NCBI RefSeq assembly: GCF_964213995.1
Contig: NC_135801.1
Span: 134,354,001 to 134,418,000 of the forward strand
DNA: 64,000 bases
Direction: 5' to 3'
Origin: Mustelus asterias
Taxonomy: Eukaryota
In this document: in pieces, positions 13,501 through 25,500 of the stretch
Layout: the number at the start of each line of letters is the position of its first letter
How positions within the stretch are numbered: position 1 is the first letter of the stretch
Notes under the pieces: model-generated
The model's input: the letters and a program-made list of their open reading frames with translations, nothing else
What the model was told of the DNA's origin: nothing
Databases searched by the model: none
Translations under genes and position numbers: made by a program

Positions 13501-16500
13501 ATTAGCCAATATAAACTATCTACATAGGTAAAGTAAAAGTTCAAGCTAGTGCTGTCTTCATGCTTGCTTCTTTCTACACATGGCTCTGTCCAATACCACA
13601 CTGACTCCTAGGTGTTGTTCATCTGTTTCCTTACATCATTGTGAGCGCGATATTGTGCTTAGTCTCATGTTAACGCTTCATGTGCCGCACCCTTATACGA
13701 CAGGTGTAAGAACTCTTCTAATAGAACTGGATGACAGTAGTAACATGGATATGAAACTGGCTGAGTGACAGGAAATGAAGAGTGGCTGGTGAACGGTTGT
13801 TTTTCAGATGGAGGAAAGTTTATTGTGGAATTTGCATGGATTGATGTTAGGACGTCTGCTCTTCTTGGTATATATTAATGACCGAGGCATTGGTGTACAG
13901 GGAACATTTTCAAAATTTGCAGATGATACAAGACTTGGAAAAATTGTGAACTATGATAGGGATATTGTACAAATTCAAAAATACATAGACAGGTTGGTGA
14001 ATGAGTGGCCAAGTGGGAGATGAAATTGAATGCAGAAAGTGTGAGGTGATTAATTTTGTTCAGAAGAATGCAAAGAGACAATATAAAATAAGGGGTACAA
14101 TTCTAAAGCGGGTGCAGGAGAAGAGGGGTTTGGGTATTTATGTTCACAACTTATTACAGGTGGCAAGATAGGTTGAGAGCATGTTTGATAAAGCATACAG
14201 CATCCTAGGCTTTATCAATAGGGTCATAAGAGTACAAATACAAGGAAGCTTTGTTAAGCCTGTATAAAATGCTGGTTTGGGCTCAACTGGAGTATTGCGT
14301 TCAGTTTTGGATACCATACTGTATGTGAAGACATCATTAGAGAGGGGCAGAAAAGATTCAGGAGAATGGTTCCAGGAATGAGGAACTTCAGGTATTCAGG
14401 AAAGATTGAAGAAGAGAAGGTTGAGAGGAGATTTGCGAGTTATTCAAAATCATCAGGGGTCTAGGTGCAATCCAAAGTTTTCAGTGGTGGAAGGATTGAG
14501 AACCAGGGGGCACAAATTTAAGGGAATTGGCAAATGGAAGCAATGGAGACCTAAGGAAAAGCTTTTTCACGTAGAGAATGGTTAGGATCTGCAATGCACT
14601 ATCTGAGAGTGTGGTGGAGGGAGGGTGAATTGAGGTTTTCAAAGGGAAAATTGGATCATTATCTGAAGAGGTAAAATGTGCAGGGCTATCGGGAAAAGGT
14701 GCAGGAGTGACACTGGAGGAATTGCTCCCTCAGTGGGCCAGCAGAGACCCAATGGGCTGAATGGTCTTCTGTGTTGTAACCATTTTATAATTGCTGAAAA
14801 AAGAGACCTGTTGAAGCTTTTTGTCTTCCACTCATCAGGAATACCGACATAAGGGGAAAGCAACAATTTATACTGTATGAGAAGAACGTGCTGATTGGTT
14901 GGAAAATAGACTCTGATTAGTAGTGGCGTTGCCATGATGTCAACATTTTATTTGATAATCACTCATGAGGAGAGCCTGCGAGTGCTTTACAATCTTAAAG
15001 GTGCTATATGAATGCAAGGCATGTCATTAAATGAACTAAGTGAAAAATAATTGCTCATCTGCTGCCATCTTGTGGGCACAATTTACAGTCATTGGGATAC
15101 CAGTCATTTAGTGCATGAGAGTGGTTTTTGTTATTTTTTAAATTCCTCTCTCTGAGAAATTGACATTCTAAGCTCACCACTTTCTCTAAACAACTATATT
15201 TGAATCAAGGCCATACTTCGGCCAGCAGGAACAATGTACATTTTGCTGCTTTATCGATAATCAGTCGGGATTGTAGCAAGGAAAGTTGGCAAAATTGGGT
15301 CTAGCTTCACCTCATTAGAAATGCTGACCATCACCCCTTCGGACTCACTGCATGCAAATGGCAATGGATGGGAAGGGCCTGGGTCCACACACATTTCCTT
15401 GCATCCACCTGCTGCTTCCAGCGTTCGCCATATGAGAGGTGGCATCCCATCCGAGAAAGTGACAGTGATAGCTCCAAGGTTTTCCAATGGTTTTGCTGCC
15501 TCCTCATCTTTCAATGTGACCCCCACTAATCCCCCTTTGTGCATCTCTGTTGCGGGCTTCAAGGTAGCAATTTCCTGATCTTTAGGTAGGGCTCTTGTTC
15601 TTCTTTCTGGTGCTGCAGTTAGGGTCCCATTGCTGCACCACTACCATTTTGTGGCCATGCGGGTGATGAAGCCTAAAGGAAGAAACTTGCCTCGGGGCGT
15701 TTCACTATGTTAAAGTTTAAGTGTTGTTAAATGTAATTTCTGCTTTATTCCGAGACATACCAGCAGTGCTTTCTGTCGCCGCAATTCCAGAATGCGTTCC
15801 TCTTCTTCCTTTGCTTCTTGTTTCCTTTTGGCTTCCTTTTCATAGGAAGCTGCCACGACTGCCAGCACCAGGTTTACAATGTAGTGAGCACCAAACATGA
15901 CGACAACTATAAAGAATATAATGTAAAAGGCTCCACTAGCACGCAGTACCTGAAATGAGTTGGGGGAAAAATGAAATCTTCAATGTCAACGTAAAAAAAT
16001 GGAGAAAAGACACGTGGCATGAATAAAACTTTAGCACCGATGTTCGTACCACCACCACTGCACATTTGTTAGCAATTGCTACTTGGGATTTTCACGACTG
16101 TTGCACAGTCGCTCTACATAATGTGCAGTCCAATTAAATATTTACAACAAACAGTTTTTTAGTTGCAGTTGCTTGTTGATCAAGGTACTGGAGTAGGTTA
16201 CACTTGTGGTCTAGAGTGAATGATGTATAGTGTACATTGTGGTAGTAAATCAGCTTTCTTGTGTGGCATGGGGTGTGGATAAGCCTGGAGATTGATTCCA
16301 GAATGGCAGTGGTGTTATTATGTACTGTTGTGCTTGCCTGGTGTGTCAGTGCTGTTAGAGTTTTGATAGAAACCATTTAGCTGGTGCTGAGCATATTGCA
16401 AATGCCAGGTGTATGGTCCAGCGTTTTGCTGGCTGAACCAGCTGTGGGCTTCAAGGTTCAACCTGGCTTAACCTGAGGTACAGTGTGATTTTCTCAGATT

Positions 16501-19500
16501 GAACCAGAGTGGGCTGAATTTTAAATCTCGGTGGTTGATTGAACTAGTAAGCTAGCTGGCTGCCCAACAACCCAATTTGGTGCTCTGATCAATTAGAAAG
16601 GCCAAGCATCACTACTATTCCCTGCAGGCTCTGTGTAGAAAATGGGTTCTGAGGCCTGCACAATCTTGTGAGGCCTGAGGCTGGCCCTGTGCCCAAAAAA
16701 TGGTATTTTGTGGGTGGTGGGGTTGGGATTGGAATTTGGAGGGGTGGGGGGGGGGGGGGGGGCGGTGGTTGGTCAAACATAATTTGCATCATTTGCATCA
16801 TTTGACAGGGCGGAACCCAGTGAAGGCAATTGGCCTGGTGATTTCTGAACAACCCATTAGCTTCTCTTTGGCTGCAATGCCAACTGCAAAAAGGCAGGGT
16901 GTGCTTAGTGTACATTCGATTCAGTTCTGTCCTAATAAGGATCCTGATTAACATATTAAAGAGGCCCTCTTTCTGAAATAAGTAGGTGCTTCAATATCCA
17001 ACGTGTGTCCAGTTTGAAGATGGTAGCTGGAGCACCAACTCAAAGAGGGCAGTAAATTATTGTCAGCAACTGACTGCCCTGTTCACACTAGGCAGCCAAC
17101 AGCGAGGTAACATTCAATTCAATGCCAGGAAGGAAGTCTTTTTAACCACCACCCAATGGGGATAATCAGGTGGATTACAGTTAGGTGGATGCCCAACTTC
17201 TTGACTCTGTTAAAAGGCATCACTGCTGGGAGATGAAAGAGGCATTGTCTCAGATCTGTTTTGGTTGGAGGATTGCTGTATTATCTGATGCCAAGTTTCC
17301 CACTTACCAATAGCAGCAAACAACAACCAAAATGAATAAATGAATAAATGAATGAAGGAATGAACAAGGAAAAAAGAATGAAACAAGTAAAATATTTAGC
17401 TTAATAGGCAAATTAAACTTTCTTGAACAAGAATATCAAGTTCACACTTATTGTTCAACTAAATTACTTATATTCCAGATGCTAAGTAAGTCATGACTAT
17501 TCAGGAATTGTGAGACAAATGGATATAACGCTGCAAGGGGCAGTGGGAGAAAATATACAGAATTTATTGCAACTGATTAAGACCATAAGACCATAAGACA
17601 TAGGAGCAGAATTAGGCCACTCGGCCCATTGAGTCTGCTCCGCCATTCAATCATGGCTGACATTTTTCTCATTCCCATTCTCCTGCCTTTTCCCCATAAC
17701 CCCTGACCCCTTATTAATCAAGAACCTATCTATCTCTGTCTTAAAGACACTCAATGACCTGGCCTCCACAGCCTTCTGCAGCAAAGAGTTCCACAGATTC
17801 ATCACTCTCTGGCTGAAGAAATTCTTCCTCATCTCTGTTTAAAAGATCGTCCCTTTAGCCTGAGGTTGTGCCCTCTGGTTCTAGTTTTTCCTACGAATGG
17901 AAACATCCTCTCCACGTCCACTCTATCCAGGCCTCACAGTATCCTGTAGGTTTCAATAAGATCCCCCCTCATCCTCCTAAACTCCAATGAGTACAGACCC
18001 AGAGTCCTCAACTGCTCCTCATACGACAAGCTCTTAATTCCAGAGATCATTCTTGTGAACCTCCTCTGGACCCTTTCCAAGGCCAGCACATCCTTCCTTA
18101 GATATGGGGCCCAAAACTGCTCACAATACTCCAAATGGGGTCTGACCAGAGCCTTATACAGCCTCAGAAGTACATCCCTACTCTTGTATTCTAGCCCTCT
18201 CAGCATGAATGCTAACATTGCATTTGCCTTCCTAACTGCCGACTGAACCTGTATGTTAACCTTAAGAAAATCTTGAACAATGACTCCCAAGTCCCTTTGT
18301 GTTTCTGATTTCCTAAACATTTTCCCATTTAGAAAATAGTCTATGCCTTCATTGCTCCTTCCAAAGTGCATAACCTCACACTTTTCCGCATTGTATTCCA
18401 TCTGCCACTTCTTTGTCCACTCTCCTAACCTGTCCAAGTCCTTCTGCAGGCCCCCTGCTTCCTCAATACTACCTGTCCCTCTACCTATCTTTGTATCATC
18501 TGCAAACTTAGCAACAGTGCCTTCAGTTCCTTCCTCCAAATTGTTAATGTAAATTGTGAAAAGTTGTGGTCCCAGCACTGACCCCTGAGGCACACCACTA
18601 GTCACCGGCTGCCATCCTGAAAAAGACCTCTTTATCCCCACTCTCTGCCTTCTGCCAGTCAGCCAATCTTTATTCATGCCAGGATCTTACCCTTAACACC
18701 ATGGGCTCTTAACTTATTTAACACTCTCCTATGCGGCACCTTGTTAAAGGCCTTCTGGAAATCTAAATAAATCACGTCCATTTGTTCTCCTTTATCTAAC
18801 TTCCTTGTTACCTCCTCAAAGAACTCTAACAGATTTGTCAGACATGACCTCTCCTTGACAAAGCTGTGCTGACTCAGTCCTACTTTATCATGCACTTCCA
18901 AGTACTCTGCAATCTCATCTTTAATAATGGACTCTAAAATCTTGCCAATGACTGAAGTCAGGCTAACCTGCCTATAATTTCCCGTCTGCTGCCTCCCTCC
19001 CTTTTTAAATAGCGGTGTTACATTAGCTACTTTCCAGTCCTCTGGTACCCTCCCTGCCTCCAGTGATTCCTGATAGATCACCACCAATGCCTCCACAATT
19101 TCCTCAGCTATCTCTTTTAGAACCCTGGGGTGTAGTCCATCCGGTCCAGGTGATTTATCCACCTTCAGACCTTTCAGTTTCCCCAGTACCTTCTCCTTAG
19201 TGATGGCCACTACACTCACCTGTGCCCCCTGACTCTCCTGGAGCTCTGGCATCCCACTGGTGTCTTCCATCATGAAGACTGATGCAAAGTAACTATTCAG
19301 TTCCTCTACCATTGCTTTGTTTCCTATTATTACTTCTCCAGCCTCATTTTTCAGTGGTCCAATGGCTATTTTTGCCTCTCGCTTGTCTTTTATATATTGA
19401 AAAAATCTCTTTTTAAATACAACTGATCTGTTTCATCTATAAATTGCTGTCACTTTGTCACTAGAATACATACCAAGTTATAGGTGTTTTCCCAGTAATC

Positions 19501-22500
19501 AAGTGTGATGAGTTGAAAGGCTGTAATTAATGCCCATCCAATATTATCAAAATTTGTATATCCATTGTTTGGATTGAATCCTATGCCAGGGAGACATGTA
19601 AAGTTTGTGGGACATCTCCTGTAAAGTGGTAATAAGTAGATTCACTTTGATGTAATGCCTGTGCCAATTGAGTTAACAACTAATACAATCGGTGGTAGCC
19701 ATTGTGGTATTGTCAGTTAAGCTGGAAAAAGGTACTGTAAAGCTGCCATCCAGCCAAACAGCAATTTAGATTAATATTAATAATAGTCTTATATTGATGC
19801 ATCAGTTCAACTTTCATCCCAAGAAAGTATGAGTTTAAGAGTATGGTCAGCCTCTTCCAGAAAGATTGCATCTCCAATGATGTAGTGATTCCTCAGCACT
19901 GTACTGAGTCTTGATTACATACTCAAGTGGAATGTTACAGAAAGGAAGGAGGCTTATCTGATTAGTCCATTACAATATTCAGATCCACTCACAACTCCTC
20001 GGATAATGAAGCAGTTTGTGCCCGCATGCAGCAAGACCTGGACAACATTTAGCCTTGGGCTGACAAGTGGCAAGTAACATTCGTGCTTGCAAGTGCCAGG
20101 CAATGACCATCTCCAACAAGAAATACTCTAAAACTCTCCTTGTGACATTCAAAGCACCATCAGCGTAAGCCCCTACCAGTCAGGACTATGCTATCTATCA
20201 TAGGATTGGCTTGCAGTATTCTCTGAAGGTGAATGGGAAAATCACAGTTCATCTTGGGAAATTATCAACAAATGGCCTGGAATACTGTGGGCCTGTTTTG
20301 TCAGGTATCACCTTACAGAGTCTGCTGTGGAGGGGTGACTCAATTCTAATCATAGAATCCCTCTAGTCAGCAGGACGCCATTTGGCCCATCAAGCCTGCA
20401 CCGACAACAATCCCACCCAGACCCTATCCCCGTAACCCCAGGTATTTACCCTACTAATCCCCCTAACCTACACATCTTGGGATACTAAGGGGTAATTTAG
20501 CATGGCCAATCAACCTAACCCGCACATCTCTGGACTGTGGGAGGAAACCGGAACACCTGGAGGAAACCCACGCAGACATAGGGAGAATGTGCAAACTCCA
20601 TGCAGACAGTCACCCGAGGCCAGAATTGAACCCGGGTCCCTGGTGCTGTGAGGCAGCACTGATAACTACTGTGCCACCATGCTGCCAATCTTCCATCACC
20701 AGGCATTTCATTTTAGAAATGTAGAAACATAGAAAGTTTACAACACATAAGTAGTCTGTTCAGCCCATCATGTCTGTGCTGACTGAAAGAGAATTATCCG
20801 CTTTCATTCCACTTTTTAGCACTTAGCCGATCACCTTGTATGTTGTGGCATATTATCTGCATGGTCAAGTATTTTTTTAAAATGTGTTTATAGTTTTTGA
20901 CTGTACCACCCTTTCAGGCAGTGTGTTCCAGACCCCTTGATATTCTCCTCAACACCCTCCTAATCCTTTAATATCAATCACTTTAAATCTATACCCCCCC
21001 TCCCACCAGCATGACCCTCAGCTGGTAACATCCTCATGAATTTCCTCTGAACCATCTCTGTGATCACATCTTTTACATAACACAGTGGCTATACATGTAA
21101 ACAGTACTCCAGCTGCGGCCTAACTTGTATATTATCTTTTATAGGATAGCCTCTCTCCTATATTCCAAGCCTCAGCTAATAGAGGACTGTATCTTTTATG
21201 TCTTCTTAATCAGCCTTCCGGGATTGGTGACATGCACTCTTAGATCCCTTTCTCCTCTACTCTTATCAGTCTCCTCCCTTTTATTTAGGAACATTTATCA
21301 TTTCACGATCTTGTTAACAGGGCGAATGTGATTTTAAATTTTGTTCAGGGAAGGGAATTGCCAGGGTTACAGGTGACAACATGACCTACAACTGTCTCAT
21401 TGCAAAATTAAGATAAAGAGAACACATTGCCAGAGAAGACATTGCTAACATTAAGAAATGGAGAGGATGCTACCCATGTACAGAGTACGTGTGGACTTGT
21501 ACTTGCTGCAGTAGTCAGAGCTGAGACTATTTAATGTCCATTGATTATAGTTTACAACACCTTGCATTTATATAGTGCCTTGAATGCAGTAAAATGGCCC
21601 AAGACCTTTCACAGGAGAATTATCAAATACAATTTAACATCAGGCCACATATGCTGATGTTCGAGAAGGTGACCAAAAGCTTGGTGGTCAATTTTAAGGA
21701 GCATCTTAAAAGGGGAAAGAGGGATGGAGAGGTGAAGAAATTTAGCAAATGAATTCCAGAGATTAGGTCCTTGGCAGCTGAAGGCATGATTGCCAATGAT
21801 TGGGGACAAGCATAATGCCAGAATTGGAAGAAGTTACAGATAAAGGGGAGGAGTGAAGTCATGGAGGAATTTGAAAAAAAAAGAGAATTTTAGAGTTGAG
21901 ACATTGTTCAAACAGGGGCCAATTTTGATTCATGAGCATGTGGGTGAAGGGGACTTGGGATGAGTTCTGGCATGGACAGCCAAGTTTTGCATAACCTGAA
22001 GTTTATGGAGGGTGGAGGATGTGAGCCTGACCAGGAGTGTGGTGGAACAGTCAAGTCTAGAACTAACAGAGATATGAATGGTGGTTTCAGCAGTAGATCA
22101 GCTGAGGCAGTGGCAGAATTGGGCAGTTTTAGGTGATCTTAGTGATGGCATGGATGTATGATGATAAGGTCATCTTGGGTCAAACATGGCACCAGTGGTC
22201 TGCTTCAGCCTCTGCTGGTTGACAGGAATTGATGGGCCGTTTCTTTAGCAATAATTTCATTTCATTGTTAAATGTTAACAAAGTCAATGTAATAGTCTAG
22301 ATGTGCTTACCCAGTTCCTGTCCCATTTCCACAAACCATAGTGTCAACATCTTCGATCACAAGCCAGTTAGCTGTAAAAAAAAAAGTAGGATTCTATTTA
22401 AAATAGGAATATGGAGTGAAATGGATAATTATGAAGTTTGCTTTTGGGCAACATTTTGTTATGTGGAGCCATATTCTTCTCTTTTGTCTATACAAATATC

Positions 22501-25500
22501 TAGCATGTTAAAAATTAGTATGTAATTGAGGCAAACAGGCAAGAAGATGCCTTGTGCTATGTTAGCTGATCTTGGCATTCGACAGCAACTACAATTAGTT
22601 TCAGTATCGCTGAGCTGGGAAGAGGGGAAATAAAAATCAGTCAGGTCGAGGATTCTGTTTCTAGGCTAGCCTGATGGTTCATTTGGTTTAAGCAATGAGT
22701 AACCCAGCCACACAAATCAGGTTCAGTCGATGAAATGAGTTGGCTGTCAGCCGGGGAGTGACAGCTAGCCTCAACAATTTGGTTTTGAAACATTAGCTGG
22801 GGATTCAGCTCTTCATCACTACTCAATGGTCTTCATTGAAAGTCTTCACGGGTGGAACTTGGGTTTGGGTAGAATCAGGCTCAGCTCTGCTGTGGTGGAA
22901 TGCTTCTTTGATTAGGAATAAAGTACCAAAAGGTACACAAAAAATAAAGTTCCTCTCCATGTCACTCACCATCCTGACTTGGAAATATACCCCTGTTGCT
23001 TTGCTGTCACGAGGTCAAAATCCTGGAACTCCCTCCCTAACAGCACTGTGGGTATACCAATGTGACATGGACTGCAGCAGTTCAAGAAGGCAGCTCACCA
23101 CCACCTTCTCAAGGGCAATTAGGGATGGGCAATAAATGCTGACCTAGCCAGCAAAGCCCACAGCCCTTGAATGAGTAAAAATAAAATCACTATGCTCTCT
23201 TGCCCATAAAGGGTAATGACCATTACTAATGCAGCACAGGGAGCTTGGATACTGGGCATTGGTCAATGAATAATGATATTTGAAGGTATAAACAAAGAAC
23301 AAAGAAAATTACAGCACAGGAATAGGCCTTCTGCCCTCCAAGCCTGCACCGACCATGCTGCTCGACTTAACTAAAATCCCCTACCCTTTTGGGGATCATA
23401 TCTCTCTATTCCCATCCTATTCATGTATTTGTCAAGACGCCCCTTAAAGTCACTACCGTATCCACTTCCATTACCTCCCCTGGCAATGAGTTCCAGGCAC
23501 CCACTACTCTCTGTGTAAAAAATCTGCCTCATACATCTCCTTTAAACCTTGCCCCTCGCATCTTAAACCTGTGCTCCCTAGTAATTGACTCTTCCATCTG
23601 GGAAAAAGCTTCTGACTATCCATTCTGTCCATGTCTCTCATAATCTTGTAGACTTCTATCAGGTCGCCCCTCAACCTCCGTCGTTCCAGTGAGAACAATG
23701 GAACATTTGGTTGCAATGTTAAGCCACAAAACACACAAAAGGAGAAAACTCTTGTTCTCCGATGTTTGTTATAGAGTCACAGAGATACATATCACGGAAA
23801 AAGGCCCTTCGACTTATCGTATCTATGCTGGTCAAAGGCAAACCATCCAACTAATAAAAGCAAATTACTGCTGATGCTGGAATCTGAAACCACCTAACTA
23901 TTCTAATCCCACTTGGCCCATAGCCATGTGTGCCTTGGCATTGCAAGTGCATATCTAAATACTTCTTAAATATTACAAGGGTCTCTGCCTGTATCACCCC
24001 TTCAGGCAGTGAGTTGCAGACTCCCACCATCCTTTAGATGGAAAAGGTTTTTCTCACATCCCCTCAAAACCTCCTGCCGCTTGCCTTAACTCTATGCCCC
24101 CTGCTCATTGATCCCTCCACCAAGGGGAAACATTTCTTCCTTTCTACTCAATCTTGCCCCTCATAATTTTAAACATCTCAATCATGACCCCTTCAGTCTC
24201 CTCTGCTTCAAGGAAAACAACCCCAGTCTACCCAATCTCTCTTCATAACTAAAACTGTCCAGCCCAGGCACTGTCCTGGTAAATCTCCACTGCTCCCTTT
24301 CCAGTGCTGTCACATTCCTCTTATAAAGTGGATTCCAGAACTGCACACAATACAATGTTGTGGTATTGTTGAGTGCTGGTGGTGCTGACAGGGGGCTGGG
24401 GTGTTGGTTGCTGTTATGTTCACAACAATACACTGCTGCTTCAATTCTAGGCTGAACCATGCACAAAGTCTCAGAGGTGATTTCTTACAAGTGGGCAGAA
24501 TAAATAATGGATGCTACAACAATGTGAGGTCAAAAAGTAATCAACTGAAATATTAACTCTGAAATATTAGCTCCACAATTTTTAAAAAAATTATAAATAA
24601 TAACTGCTTGTTGATTTTGGGTTTGTAATCTGTTCGGTGAATCCTGGACCTAACATCAAGTGGATAAGAACCCTATATATACCATATAGTTTTACGGTTA
24701 ATTAAAAGCCAGGTATTATTTTCCACTTCAAAAGGATATATCAGCAGGATATTCAGATAGCAGTCATCTTAATGAGCAATAAAGAATTTATACATGTATG
24801 CTCCAACACTTACATTTGTTTTGAATATAATTCCCCCAATCGTTATGAGAAATGTTAATCCCAGGCGGCAGATTTTTTATGCACTTGTGTGTCAGAACGC
24901 CTTTGAAAATTTGAAGTCCAAACAATGCAATAATTAGGAGAACAAACATCATGAGAAGGAGGACCTCCATTAGCAGCCTGGCAGACTTGAATATAGCACC
25001 AATGATAGTCTTTAGTCCTGCAGAAACAGTTACGTTTTGCTTTAAATGAAACATCCTTAAAATTATATCACAGTTGTATAAAAGTTGGAGCTGTATTCAG
25101 ATTTAGGATTGTGTAAGCATTTCTGGTGGTTACTAGTTGCTGACATACAACTATGATTGTGCTGCTTGTATGCACTATTGCCCTTATATACTGACCAAAT
25201 TTTTCTGGCTGTTCTGGCTGGTCTGGTCCCGCCGACCCTTCATCATGGTTTCCTTAGCAATGGAGGATGCGAGCAATGGGAAAACCTGTTAACAGTGGTG
25301 GGTCACCGCTGGCCAATGGCAGACCGCCTCCACCACTGCAAAACATGCCACATGGGGATGGGGGGGGGGGGGGGGGGGGGGGTGAGGGGTATGGGCAGGT
25401 TGCAGAAAATCCTGCCCATTATTATTTCTTAATAAATTATCTATATTAGACTAAGCCAACCAGTGAGAAAAAAAATTCTACTCTTTAGGAAACCATGTCC

